DNA from: Candidatus Omnitrophota bacterium
GTDB lineage: Bacteria > Omnitrophota > Gorgyraeia > Pluralincolimonadales > Pluralincolimonadaceae
Assembly (NCBI GenBank): GCA_028716565.1
Contig: JAQUPL010000001.1
Span: 19,545 to 83,544, forward strand
DNA: 64,000 bases
Direction of reading: 5' to 3'
A model generated the notes under the pieces. It saw only the letters and a program-made list of their open reading frames with translations. It was not told the origin of the DNA and made no database searches. A program made the position numbers and the translations under genes. How positions within the stretch are numbered: the stretch's first letter is position 1; each line of letters opens with the position of its first letter. This document shows, piece by piece, positions 45,728 through 55,301 of this stretch.

Positions 45728-46539
45728 CGGCCAAGATACTGGACGGAAAAGAGCTCGCCTCTAAATTAAAAGCGCAGCTGAAGCGCGAGGTGGGTGCCAT
45801 AAAGAAAAAATACGGCAGGACGCCCATGCTCTCGGTCATACAGGTGGGCGTGCACAAGCCGGCGACCATCTACATAAATTCACAGGAGAAACTGGCCAGG
45901 GAACTCGGCATAAAATACAGGAAGGTCTGTTTAGGCGCTTCGGTCTCGCAGGACGAGCTTATCCGCGCGATAAAGAAATTGAACAGGGATAAGGCGACGA
46001 CCGCCGTAATGCTCGGCCTGCCTCTGCCGAAGACGATAAACCTCAAACAGACGATATTCTATATAGATCCGTCCAAGAACGTCGAGAGGGTCAACCCCAC
46101 GGCGTCGGCGGTGATGGAGATAATAAGGTCGACCGGGATAAGCCTCTTCGGCAGGGAAGCGGTTGTTGTGGGGCATGGCGAATTGGTCGGTAAACCCATA
46201 GCGATGTCTTTGTTGGATAAGCTGGCTACCGTGACTGTCTGCCACATCGGCACGGCCGCGCGAGGGGACCTTAAGGACCATATATCGCGCGCCGAGGTGC
46301 TGGTTGTCGCGGTCGGAAAACCGAACCTCGTAAAAGGCGGATGGATAAAGAAGGGCGCCATCGTGGTCGATGTCGGCATAACCAAAGTAGGCGGCAGGAT
46401 AGTCGGCGATGTGGAATTCGATACAGCGAAGAAGCGCGCGGGGTTCATAACCCCCGTCCCCGGAGGGGTCGGGCCGCTCACCGTGATAATGTCGATGTGC
46501 AATTGTATGGCGCTCTTTAAGGAGCAGGTGAAAAGATGA
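45712..46539 (+). CDS. folD: bifunctional methylene-THF dehydrogenase / methenyl-THF cyclohydrolase
   Basis: AKILDGKELASKLKAQLKREV, a VVGHGELVGKP-type NAD(P) site and GGVGPLTVIM. Confidence 0.92.
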   Translation: MDRQMTAKILDGKELASKLKAQLKREVGAIKKKYGRTPMLSVIQVGVHKPATIYINSQEKLARELGIKYRKVCLGASVSQDELIRAIKKLNRDKATTAVMLGLPLPKTINLKQTIFYIDPSKNVERVNPTASAVMEIIRSTGISLFGREAVVVGHGELVGKPIAMSLLDKLATVTVCHIGTAARGDLKDHISRAEVLVVAVGKPNLVKGGWIKKGAIVVDVGITKVGGRIVGDVEFDTAKKRAGFITPVPGGVGPLTVIMSMCNCMALFKEQVKR

Positions 46540-47198
46540 TAATCACGAAACAGAAACCCATAGATGAGATACTCAAATACCTCGAAGGCGTTAAGAACGT
46601 CTTCATAGCCGGCTGCGCCCAGTGCGCGACCGTCTGCAAGACCGGCGGGGAGGATGAGGTAAAGAAAATGGAAGAGCTCCTCAAGGGTCACGGCAAGAAT
46701 ATCACGGCCATAGAGATATGGGACCCGCCTTGCCACCTGCTCGAGGTCAGGAAACGGGCGCGCGACAATAAAGCGGCGCTCGACAAGGCCGATGTCATAC
46801 TTTCGATGAGCTGCGGCGACGGATGTTTCACGATATTCCACGGGACCGGCAAGAAGGTGGTCCCGGCCACCGATACGTTATTTTTGGGCGAGGCCGAAAG
46901 GGCCGGACATTTCGCAGAGGTGTGTTCGCTCTGCGGCGACTGCACGTTATTCATGACCGGCGGTTACTGCCCGAATACGTTCTGTCCCAAGGGGCTGCAG
47001 AACGGGCCGTGCGGCGGAGTCAAGGACGGCAAATGCGAAGTGAGCCCGGATATCGACTGCGGCTGGCTGTTGATATATAACCGCCTCAAGGAGCTCGGGG
47101 AACTGGACAAGATGAAAAAGATCCATCCCCCGAAGGACCACTCTAAATCGATAAAACCGCGCAAGGTCGTGGTCGATGCTGTAAAGAAAAGGACATAG
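46536..47198 (+). CDS. metV: methylene-THF reductase-associated Cys-rich subunit (MetV-like)
   Basis: Cys-rich small protein (GCAQCATVC, CGDGC, CSLCGDC, CPNTFCPKGLQNGPCGG) immediately upstream of metF, as in acetogen metVF pairs. Confidence 0.7.
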   Translation: MIITKQKPIDEILKYLEGVKNVFIAGCAQCATVCKTGGEDEVKKMEELLKGHGKNITAIEIWDPPCHLLEVRKRARDNKAALDKADVILSMSCGDGCFTIFHGTGKKVVPATDTLFLGEAERAGHFAEVCSLCGDCTLFMTGGYCPNTFCPKGLQNGPCGGVKDGKCEVSPDIDCGWLLIYNRLKELGELDKMKKIHPPKDHSKSIKPRKVVVDAVKKRT

Positions 47199-48065
47199 AT
47201 GACCTTAAAAGAAAAAATTAAAAATAAGAAGTTCATGATAACGAGCGAGATAGGCCCGCCTAAAGGGACCGACGTCAAAACTATCCTCGAGGAGGCGCGC
47301 CTTCTTAAGGGCAGGGTCGACGCGGTCAACGTGACCGATTCGCAGAGCGCGGTGATGAGGCTCGGCTCGCTCGCCGTCAGCCGGCTTTTGAAAGAAGAAG
47401 GCGTGGAGCCTGTATACCAGCTGACCTGCCGCGACAGGAACAGGATAGCGCTGCAGTCCGACGCTTTGTCCGCGGCCGTCCTGGGCATAGAGAATATCCT
47501 GGTGCTGACCGGCGACCACCCGTCGCGCGGCGACCATCCGGAAGCGAAGCCTGTCTTCGACCTCGACTCGGTCCAGCTGATCGAGACCTTAAAGAAGCTC
47601 GAGAGCGGGAAGGACCTTTCCGGGAAGGAACTTAAGGGTGCCCCGAAATTCTGCATCGGCGCGGTCGTAAACCCGGGCGCGGACCCGGTTGAGCCGGAAC
47701 TGATAAAATTCGAGAAGAAGTTAAAGGCGGGCGCCGAGTTCTTCCAGACGCAGGGCGTCTATGACGTTAAGGCATTCGCGAAATTCATCGATAAGGTAAA
47801 ACAATATAATACCTGTATAATCGCGGGCATCATACTTATTAAATCTCCTGACATGGCGAGGTTCATGAACAAGAACGTCGCCGGGATATTTATACCTGAC
47901 AGCCTGATAAATGAAGTCGAAGGCGCCGCCGATAAGCAGGATAAGGCCGTTGAGATAGCGGCGCGCACCATAAAAGAGTTGAAAGGCCTGGCGCAGGGCG
48001 TCCATATAATGTCGTTGGGCTGGAACAGGCTCGTCCCCCGCATCCTGGATGCCGCGGGCCTTTAG
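47199..48065 (+). CDS. metF: 5,10-methylenetetrahydrofolate reductase
   Basis: FMITSEIGPPKG..., the typical MTHFR beta8alpha8 barrel motifs, and LTCRDRNRIALQSD. Confidence 0.88.
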   Translation: MTLKEKIKNKKFMITSEIGPPKGTDVKTILEEARLLKGRVDAVNVTDSQSAVMRLGSLAVSRLLKEEGVEPVYQLTCRDRNRIALQSDALSAAVLGIENILVLTGDHPSRGDHPEAKPVFDLDSVQLIETLKKLESGKDLSGKELKGAPKFCIGAVVNPGADPVEPELIKFEKKLKAGAEFFQTQGVYDVKAFAKFIDKVKQYNTCIIAGIILIKSPDMARFMNKNVAGIFIPDSLINEVEGAADKQDKAVEIAARTIKELKGLAQGVHIMSLGWNRLVPRILDAAGL

Positions 48066-48191
48066 GAGATAAAGATCGTCTTTCTGAAGAATATCCCTAT
48101 AAAGATACCGGCGGACCTCGTCCTCTCGCGCCTCAAATTCGCTAAATATAAGACAAAGGCGGACAAGAAGATATTCGCGTTCATCTCCTGC

Positions 48192-48740
48192 GTGATCGAG
48201 GAGGGCCATTCGCTCGCGGAGCCGAAGGCTGCCTACGGGATATTTGATGTCGCGGTGAGCCGCGAAGTGGTAAGGTTCACTTCAATGAACCTTACCATAA
48301 AAAGCAGCGGCCTGGCGAAACGGCTTAAGGGAGCCGGCAAGGCGGCGCTCTTTGTATGCACGATCGGTAAAGATCTCACCGATGCGGTGAACGGATACGT
48401 GACCAAAGGCGAGATAGCGCGCGCGACGGTCCTGGACGCGGCCGGCTCGGAAGCCGTCGAGGCGCTCGCCGAGCTTATAGACAATGTGATAAAGGCGAAA
48501 GCCAAGGCCGAGGGTTGCGCGGCAACGGCGCGGTTCAGCCCGGGATACGGGGACTGGACGATATTCGACCAGCCTAAAATATTAAAAGTCATGAGGTCGG
48601 ACAAGATCGGAGTAAAGGCGGTAAAGAGCTGCATCATGGTCCCGGAGAAATCTGTCACGGCATGCATCGGCCTTATAAAGAAAGGCCAAAGGCCCATAAG
48701 AAAGGTATATGAAAAAAATATCGGCCCGCTTAAAAAATGA
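48192..48740 (+). CDS. stand-alone cobalamin-dependent methionine synthase activation (AdoMet-binding, reactivation) domain protein
   Basis: The RFSPGYGDW motif is typical of the MetH C-terminal activation domain. The frame is open back to 48066 without an ATG, so the true start may be non-canonical or upstream. Confidence 0.65.
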   Translation: MIEEGHSLAEPKAAYGIFDVAVSREVVRFTSMNLTIKSSGLAKRLKGAGKAALFVCTIGKDLTDAVNGYVTKGEIARATVLDAAGSEAVEALAELIDNVIKAKAKAEGCAATARFSPGYGDWTIFDQPKILKVMRSDKIGVKAVKSCIMVPEKSVTACIGLIKKGQRPIRKVYEKNIGPLKK

Positions 48741-51126
48741 GATACTGATATACGACGGCGCGCTGGGCACTGTCTTACAGGAGACAGGGGCGCTGAAGGC
48801 CGGGGCCTGCCCCGAGGAATTGAATCTCCTGGAGCCCGATATCATAAGGGCCATCCATCTTGATTACATAAAAGCCGGTGCCGATATCATCGAAACGAAC
48901 TCTTTCGGCGGCAGCAAATTAAAACTCGCGGCATACGGGCTTGAGAAAGAGGCAGACAGGATAAATTACGAGGCGGCGCGCATCGCGAGGTCCGCGGCCG
49001 CAGGTAAGGCATATGTCGCGGGCTCTGTCGGGCCTCTCGACAGGCAGTTAACGCCGCTGGGCGACCTATCTTTTGACGAAGCGGTAAAGATATTCGAGGA
49101 CCAGATACGGGCCCTTAAGGAAGGCGGATGCGACCTGATAATATTGGAGACCTTCGCCGATATAAAGGAGCTGAAGGCTGCATTCGTCGCGGCCCGCCAG
49201 GCAGGCGGCCGGATCCCCATACAGGCGCAGATGACGTTTGAGGGCGGCGAGCGCAGCACATACGGAACTCCGCCGTCGGCGTTCGCGGTCTTGTTCCGGT
49301 CTCTCGGCGCGGATATCATCGGAACGAACTGTTCTACCGGCCCGAAGGAATTGATAAAAGTAGTTAAAGAGATCATCTTATATACCGATAGATCCATCTC
49401 ATGCCTTCCGAACGCGGGTCTTCCGGAATTACGCGCAGGCAAGACATATTTTCCCGAAAGCCCGAAGTCCTTCGCGAGATACGCCGCGGAGTTCGCCGGA
49501 TTGGGCGTGAACCTGATCGGCGGATGCTGTGGTACCACTCCGGAGCATATAAATGAACTGAAAAAGATCTTAAAAAACAGGAGGCCGGCAAAGAGGAAGT
49601 ATTCCCCCGCGTTCAGGCTATCCTCGAGGACAAAGGTCGTGGAGCTTAACGCGAAGACGCGCCCGTTGATCATAGGCGAGCGCATCAACCCGACCGGGAA
49701 GAAAAACCTCCAGGAGGAGATAAAGGCCGGCAAGTCCGTCACTATCAGGCGCGAGGCGATAGAGGAGACCAAAAAAGGCGCGGACATCCTGGATATTAAT
49801 GTCGGTGTGCCGGGGACGCGCGAGCAGGAGACGATCGTCCCGGCCATAGAGGCTGTCCAGGCGGTCAGCGAAGCGCCGGTGTCTATAGACAGCGCGAATC
49901 CCGCGGCCGTCGAAGCGGCGCTGAAGGAAGTCTCCGGAAAGCCGCTGATCAATTCGGTCAACGGCGAGAAGGATAAGATAAATTTCATCCTGCCGCTCGC
50001 GAAGAAATACGGGGCGGCGATACTCGTCCTGACCCTGGATAAGTGCGGTATTCCGAAGGATTCGAAAGCCCGCGTTAAGATCGCAACAAGCGTCATAAAT
50101 AAGGCGCTAGCGCTCGGCATACAAAAAGAAGATATAATCGTAGACCCGCTCACGCTGGCCATATCGGCTGAGCCTAAGCAGGTGAAGGAGACGCTCAAAG
50201 CGATCAAGGAACTGAAGAAGAAAGGATTCTCCTCCTCGTTAGGCGTAAGCAATGTGTCGTTCGGGCTGCCGAACAGGAGGAAGATAAACGCGGATTTTTT
50301 CTCGCTGGCGCTCGCATCCGGCCTTGATCTCGCGATAATAAACCCGAGCGACGACAATATGTTCTGGGTCGCGAAACAAAAGAAGAGGCGCGCTGCGGAC
50401 GAAGCCGGTATAAAGAAATTCCTGAAGGCCGCGCTCAGCCCTATCGAAGAGGTTTCGAGGAAAAAGCTGGAAGTAAAGCCGGGCGAGCATAAAGACGTGA
50501 AGACGCGGCTTAAAGAAGCGGTCCTCTACGGCGACAAGGAAAATATCACCTCGTATGTCGAAGAGGCGCTTTCCCAAGGCATCGCCCCACTCGAGATAAA
50601 CAGCAAGATACTTATCCCAGCCCTGGAGGTAGTCGGCGAGAAATTCGGCAAAAGGGAATATTTCCTCCCGCAAGTGATATTATCGGCGGAGGCAGTCCAG
50701 CGGGCGTTCGGGCGGCTCAAGAAAGAGATAAAACCCGGCGAAGAGGAAGATAAGGGTACTATCGTGATCGCGACCGTCGAGGGCGATATACATGATATCG
50801 GGAAGAATATCGTCATATCGGTCCTGGAAAACCACGGCTATAAGATATTCGATCTCGGCCGCGGCGTGCCGGCCGATACGATAATAAAAGAAGCGGTAAA
50901 GAACAAAGCCGATATAATCGGCTTGAGCTCCCTGATGACGACGACAATGATACAGATGGAGCGCGTCATAAAGGAATTGAAGAAGAAGGGCCTTAATTTC
51001 AAGACGATAGTGGGCGGCGCGGTAGTGACCGAGGCGTTCGCCAAAGAAATAGGCGCCTCAGCCTACGCGCGCGACGCGATCGAGGCGGTCAATATCGTAA
51101 AATCGCTCATGAAAGAGGGAAGGTGA
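48709..51126 (+). CDS. metH: methionine synthase core (homocysteine S-methyltransferase + pterin-binding + cobalamin-binding domains; no activation domain)
   Basis: Hcy domain (IYDGALGTVLQ and a GGCCGTTPEHI zinc site), pterin-binding domain, and a B12 domain with the DxHxxG motif (GDIHDIGKNIV). Length is 805 aa. Confidence 0.88.
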   Translation: MKKISARLKNEILIYDGALGTVLQETGALKAGACPEELNLLEPDIIRAIHLDYIKAGADIIETNSFGGSKLKLAAYGLEKEADRINYEAARIARSAAAGKAYVAGSVGPLDRQLTPLGDLSFDEAVKIFEDQIRALKEGGCDLIILETFADIKELKAAFVAARQAGGRIPIQAQMTFEGGERSTYGTPPSAFAVLFRSLGADIIGTNCSTGPKELIKVVKEIILYTDRSISCLPNAGLPELRAGKTYFPESPKSFARYAAEFAGLGVNLIGGCCGTTPEHINELKKILKNRRPAKRKYSPAFRLSSRTKVVELNAKTRPLIIGERINPTGKKNLQEEIKAGKSVTIRREAIEETKKGADILDINVGVPGTREQETIVPAIEAVQAVSEAPVSIDSANPAAVEAALKEVSGKPLINSVNGEKDKINFILPLAKKYGAAILVLTLDKCGIPKDSKARVKIATSVINKALALGIQKEDIIVDPLTLAISAEPKQVKETLKAIKELKKKGFSSSLGVSNVSFGLPNRRKINADFFSLALASGLDLAIINPSDDNMFWVAKQKKRRAADEAGIKKFLKAALSPIEEVSRKKLEVKPGEHKDVKTRLKEAVLYGDKENITSYVEEALSQGIAPLEINSKILIPALEVVGEKFGKREYFLPQVILSAEAVQRAFGRLKKEIKPGEEEDKGTIVIATVEGDIHDIGKNIVISVLENHGYKIFDLGRGVPADTIIKEAVKNKADIIGLSSLMTTTMIQMERVIKELKKKGLNFKTIVGGAVVTEAFAKEIGASAYARDAIEAVNIVKSLMKEGR

Positions 51127-51986
51127 CGGCAATGGAGCGGAAGAAGATAACCATACCGGATATCCAGAAGAAGAAACAGGAAGGCAGGAAGATAACGCTG
51201 CTTACCGCCTATGATTACCCGTCCGGGCGGCTCATCGACGAAGCGGGCGTTGATATCATACTTATAGGCGATTCGCTGGCGATGACCGTGCTGGGGTATG
51301 AGTCGACCGTCCCCATAACTATGGATGAGATGATCCATCACGCCAAAGCCGTAAAGCGCGGCGTCAGATACGGGCTTATGATAGGCGATATGCCTTTTAT
51401 GACATATAACATAGGCGAGAAAGAGACCGTAAGAAATGCAGGCAGGTTCATAAAAGAGGGCGGCTGCGGTGCCGTAAAGATCGAGGGCGGCACCGAGATG
51501 ACGGGTGTCGTAAAAGCATTGGTAAAGGCAGGAATTCCGGTCCTGGGACACATAGGACTAACGCCTCAGACCGCTACGCAACTCGGCGGGTTCAAGGTAC
51601 AGGGCAAGGATGCCGCGAGCGCGCAAAAACTCCTGGATTCCGCGCTTGCGCTGGAAAAAGCCGGCTGCTTCGCGATGATCCTCGAGTGCGTCCCGGACAA
51701 GCTCGCGAAATTGATAACGGAAAAACTTGAGGTTCCCGCTATAGGGATAGGCGCGGGCGCGTATTGCGACGGCCAGGCGCTCGTCACGAACGATATGATA
51801 GGATTATTCGACCGCTTCACGCCGAAGTTCGTCAAGAAATACGCCGACCTTTGGCCGTTACTTCTGAATGCGTTCAAGAGATATAAAGATGAAGTTGAGA
51901 TAGGCAAGTTCCCGACCGAAGAGCACAGCTTTACGATGAATGAATCGGAGCTTAAAAAGATAAAAACCAAGAGGAGAGGCAAATGA
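51123..51986 (+). CDS. panB: 3-methyl-2-oxobutanoate hydroxymethyltransferase
   Basis: LTAYDYPSGRLIDEAGVDIILIGDSLAMTVLGY and GAVKIEGG motifs. Confidence 0.9.
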   Translation: MTAMERKKITIPDIQKKKQEGRKITLLTAYDYPSGRLIDEAGVDIILIGDSLAMTVLGYESTVPITMDEMIHHAKAVKRGVRYGLMIGDMPFMTYNIGEKETVRNAGRFIKEGGCGAVKIEGGTEMTGVVKALVKAGIPVLGHIGLTPQTATQLGGFKVQGKDAASAQKLLDSALALEKAGCFAMILECVPDKLAKLITEKLEVPAIGIGAGAYCDGQALVTNDMIGLFDRFTPKFVKKYADLWPLLLNAFKRYKDEVEIGKFPTEEHSFTMNESELKKIKTKRRGK

Positions 51987-52017
51987 AAAGGGCAGTCCCA
52001 ACAACCGGAGTGATAGC

Positions 52018-52827
52018 ATGCATAAGATAGCGGAGAAGAAGCAACTTGCGGATACGATAACTTTAATGAAAGTCGAAGCGCCGATGGTAGTGCGCGAGGC
52101 GAAGCCCGGGCAGTTCGTGGTCGTCCGGCTCGATGAGTTCGCCGAGAGGATACCGCTTACGATATGCGACGCTGACAAGGCGCGCGGGACCGTGACGCTC
52201 ATCATACAGCAGCTCGGCAGGTCGACGAAAGACCTCTGCGCGTTAAAGGCGGGGGACCAGATAAGGGATATATTGGGGCCGCTGGGCAACCCCACGGAGA
52301 TCGAAAAGTTCGGGACCGTGGTGATAATCGGCGGCGGCGTCGGCGCTGCGGAATTATATACCGCGGCAAAGGCCCTGAAAGAAAAAGGCAATAAGGTCAT
52401 CACCATAATCGGCGCCCGCAACAAGAGTCTTATAATACTCGAGGATGAATTCAAGCCGATCGCCGACGAGGTGCTTATCACCACAGACGACGGAAGCTAC
52501 GGCATCAAGGGTTTCGTGACCGACGCCCTTAAAAAGGTCATCTCGGAACAGAAGGTCGACCGCGTCATCTGCTGCGGCCCGATACCGATGATGAAAGCGG
52601 TCACCATGACCGCGAAGCCGCATAATATCCCCGCGATAGTGAGCCTGAACGCGATACTTTTGGACGCGACAGGGATGTGCGGGAGCTGCCGCTGCACCAT
52701 AGAGGGCAAGACGAAGTTCTCGTGCGTCGACGGCCCGGAATTTGACGGATATAAAGTGGATTTTGACGAACTCATGGCGAGGAACAAGAGGTTCCTGGAC
52801 GAAGAAAGGAGAGCGCTCGAGGTATAA
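52018..52827 (+). CDS. nfnA: FAD/NAD(P)-binding oxidoreductase small subunit (NfnA / sulfide dehydrogenase-like / PyrK-like)
   Basis: PyrK-like ferredoxin-NADP reductase fold (RIPLTICDAD..., a GGGVGAA Rossmann motif) and a C-terminal Cys cluster (CGSCRC). It is adjacent to a GltD-like subunit. Confidence 0.75.
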   Translation: MHKIAEKKQLADTITLMKVEAPMVVREAKPGQFVVVRLDEFAERIPLTICDADKARGTVTLIIQQLGRSTKDLCALKAGDQIRDILGPLGNPTEIEKFGTVVIIGGGVGAAELYTAAKALKEKGNKVITIIGARNKSLIILEDEFKPIADEVLITTDDGSYGIKGFVTDALKKVISEQKVDRVICCGPIPMMKAVTMTAKPHNIPAIVSLNAILLDATGMCGSCRCTIEGKTKFSCVDGPEFDGYKVDFDELMARNKRFLDEERRALEV

Positions 52828-54224
52828 TGGCTATCAATAAGACACCCAGGCAAGAGATACCGGCCCGCAATCCGGAGGAGAGGAACAAGGATTTCAAGGA
52901 AGTATCATTGGGTTTCACCGAAGAGCAGGCGGTGCTCGAGGCGCAGCGCTGCATAGCGTGCAAGAAAAAGCCCTGCTGCAACGGCTGCCCGGTCGAGATA
53001 GACATACCTGAATTCATAAAACTCGTCGCGAAGAAAGATTATAAAGGCGCGATACAAAAGATAAAAGAGAAGAATAATCTCCCGGCCATCTGCGGGCGCG
53101 TCTGCCCGCAGGAGACACAGTGCGAGGCGTTATGCACTTTGATCGCTAAGGGCCAACCGGTCGCTATCGGCGCGCTGGAGAGGTTCGTTGCCGACCGGGA
53201 AGCGGAGCACCCGGGATCGAAAGAACCGCCTGTCATAAAAGAGAAGAAGGATATCAAAGTCGCCGTGGTCGGCGCCGGGCCGGCCGGGTTGACAGCTGCC
53301 GCAGACCTCGCCAGGTACGGTTATAAGGTAACACTCTTCGAATCGTTGAGCGCGAGCGGCGGCGTCTTAAGATACGGCATTCCCGAGTTCAGGCTTCCCA
53401 AGGCGATCCTCGACCGCGAGACCGAATATATAAAGTCGCTCGGCGTGGAGATAAAATATAACATCCTTATCGGCAGGACATTCTCGATAGCCGACCTTTT
53501 CAAGGACGGATACAAGGCGATATTCCTCGGGACAGGCGCCGGGCTGCCGTATTTCCTGGGCATCCCGGGCGAGAACTTAAACGGCGTCTATTCCGCCAAC
53601 GAGTTCCTGACGCGGGTCAACCTTATGCACGCGTATGAGTTCCCGAAATATAAGACGCCGGTGAAGATCGGCGAACGCGTGGCTGTAGTCGGCGCGGGTA
53701 ACACAGCCATGGACTGCGTGCGAGTGGCCAAGCGCCTGGGCGCCAAGGACGCGATAATAGTATACAGGAGGAGCGAGGCCGAGGCCCCGGCAAGGCGCGC
53801 GGAACTCGAGCACGCGAAAGAAGAACGTATAGAATTCCGGTTCCTTACGGCTCCTATCAAAATAGAGGGGAATGAAAAGGGCGAGGTAAAGAGCATGACC
53901 TGCCTGAAGATGGAGCTTGGCGAACCGGACGCGAGCGGCAGGAGGCGTCCGGTCCCGATAAAGGGTTCCGAATATGAGATGCCGGTCGATACAGTGATAA
54001 TCGCGGTCGGGCAGGGGCCGAACCCCCTGATAGCGCATACGACAAAAGAACTCGCGGTCGACGAAAAATCCGGCGAGCTTAAGATAGACGAAAACTGCAT
54101 GACCTCGATAAAAGGTATATTCGCCGGCGGAGATATCACTACCGGGGAAGGCACGGTCATCGCTGCTATGGGCGCGGGCAAGAAAGCCGCCGCGGCGATA
54201 GACAAGTTCCTTAAGAAAAAATAA
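52827..54224 (+). CDS. nfnB: glutamate synthase small-subunit-like NAD(P)H oxidoreductase (NfnB/GltD family)
   Basis: Two Fe-S Cys motifs (CIACKKKPCCNGCP; CGRVCPQETQCEALC), FAD/NAD Rossmann motifs (VAVVGAGPAGLTAAADLA; VAVVGAGNTAMDC) and the C-terminal GIFAGGD. Confidence 0.8.
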   Translation: MAINKTPRQEIPARNPEERNKDFKEVSLGFTEEQAVLEAQRCIACKKKPCCNGCPVEIDIPEFIKLVAKKDYKGAIQKIKEKNNLPAICGRVCPQETQCEALCTLIAKGQPVAIGALERFVADREAEHPGSKEPPVIKEKKDIKVAVVGAGPAGLTAAADLARYGYKVTLFESLSASGGVLRYGIPEFRLPKAILDRETEYIKSLGVEIKYNILIGRTFSIADLFKDGYKAIFLGTGAGLPYFLGIPGENLNGVYSANEFLTRVNLMHAYEFPKYKTPVKIGERVAVVGAGNTAMDCVRVAKRLGAKDAIIVYRRSEAEAPARRAELEHAKEERIEFRFLTAPIKIEGNEKGEVKSMTCLKMELGEPDASGRRRPVPIKGSEYEMPVDTVIIAVGQGPNPLIAHTTKELAVDEKSGELKIDENCMTSIKGIFAGGDITTGEGTVIAAMGAGKKAAAAIDKFLKKK

Positions 54225-55301
54225 ATGAAGAAGTCCCTCTTTTTAGCGCTCTTGCCGCTCGTCGCTCTTTGCGCCAGCGGTTGTTTCATAAATATGGCCG
54301 CTACGACGAAGATAAACGACGACGGTTCGGGTTTCCGCATAACCGCCTATTCCGCTGACGGCGCGTCCGAGAAAGAGGAAGTGCTCAAGAATTATCTCCT
54401 GCCTCCGGGCGGCGAATGGAGGCTCAACCAGTATGTAAAAGATTCCCCGCCCCAGCATATCTACGAGGCAAAGCAGGTATTTACCGACCTGAATAAGCTG
54501 GCGCCGGACTATTACAGGAAAGGCGCGAAGCCCGGCGATGTTTCGGCCAATAAATTCTCCCTCAAGATCAACAGGGGCATATTATTTACGACTTACGAAT
54601 ACGGGGAGACGTATAAGGACTGCACCGACAGCGCCAGGATCAGGAAATTATGCGATAGCTGGTATGAACACTCCATAGAGACGGCCGCCACGGAAGTGGC
54701 GCGGGCTTTCCCGAAGGCGATAAAAAAGGAGAAAGCCAGGGAGCTGCTGGAAGCCGTATATCGTCCGTATTTTGATTATATGACCGCGGAATTTACCAGC
54801 GCCGGCCGGCAGGCGTTTGATGAGAAAAATGTGCAGTTCAAGGCGAAGATGGATGAGTTCGAGAAGAAATTCACCGCCGAGGGGTTCTCCGCGATCTTCG
54901 CCGGTTACATAATATCCGCGGATAAGGCGTCCGGCAAGGAAGCCATCTTGGAAAAATTGATGGCGGTGCACGCGAGCATCGACAAACAGCTTTCGGATTA
55001 CGGGACCGCGATGAATGAGGCGAATTACGACGACGCTTTCGGTGTGTACGGCTGGCCGATATTCATGGGCTATTCGTTCGATATATCGGTCGTCATGCCC
55101 GGGCGGATGATCGAGGCCAATGCCGGTAAGATGACTTTGAATTCGGCGAAATGGGAATTCAAGAACGACGATTTCCTCCTCAAGGAATTTACCCTCCGGG
55201 CGAAGTCGCGTAAACTCAACCTGGCCGGCATCGGTATCATAGTAGCGATCCTGGCGGCGGCATTACTGGTAGCGTGTAAGAGGGAACGGAAGAATAAGTG
55301 A
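54225..55301 (+). CDS. lipoprotein of unknown function with C-terminal TM anchor
   Basis: Lipobox (LVALCASGC) and C-terminal TM (LAGIGIIVAILAAALLVAC). No recognisable domain. Confidence 0.45.
   Translation: MKKSLFLALLPLVALCASGCFINMAATTKINDDGSGFRITAYSADGASEKEEVLKNYLLPPGGEWRLNQYVKDSPPQHIYEAKQVFTDLNKLAPDYYRKGAKPGDVSANKFSLKINRGILFTTYEYGETYKDCTDSARIRKLCDSWYEHSIETAATEVARAFPKAIKKEKARELLEAVYRPYFDYMTAEFTSAGRQAFDEKNVQFKAKMDEFEKKFTAEGFSAIFAGYIISADKASGKEAILEKLMAVHASIDKQLSDYGTAMNEANYDDAFGVYGWPIFMGYSFDISVVMPGRMIEANAGKMTLNSAKWEFKNDDFLLKEFTLRAKSRKLNLAGIGIIVAILAAALLVACKRERKNK

Noticed and set aside
46059-46841. 260-aa minus-strand ORF spanning folD/metV
   Set aside because: Antisense to two well-supported + strand genes. 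No motifs.
48966-50357. 463-aa minus-strand ORF
   Set aside because: It lies entirely antisense to the strongly supported metH core (Hcy, pterin and B12 motifs on the + strand). Ser/Ala/Phe-rich artefact.
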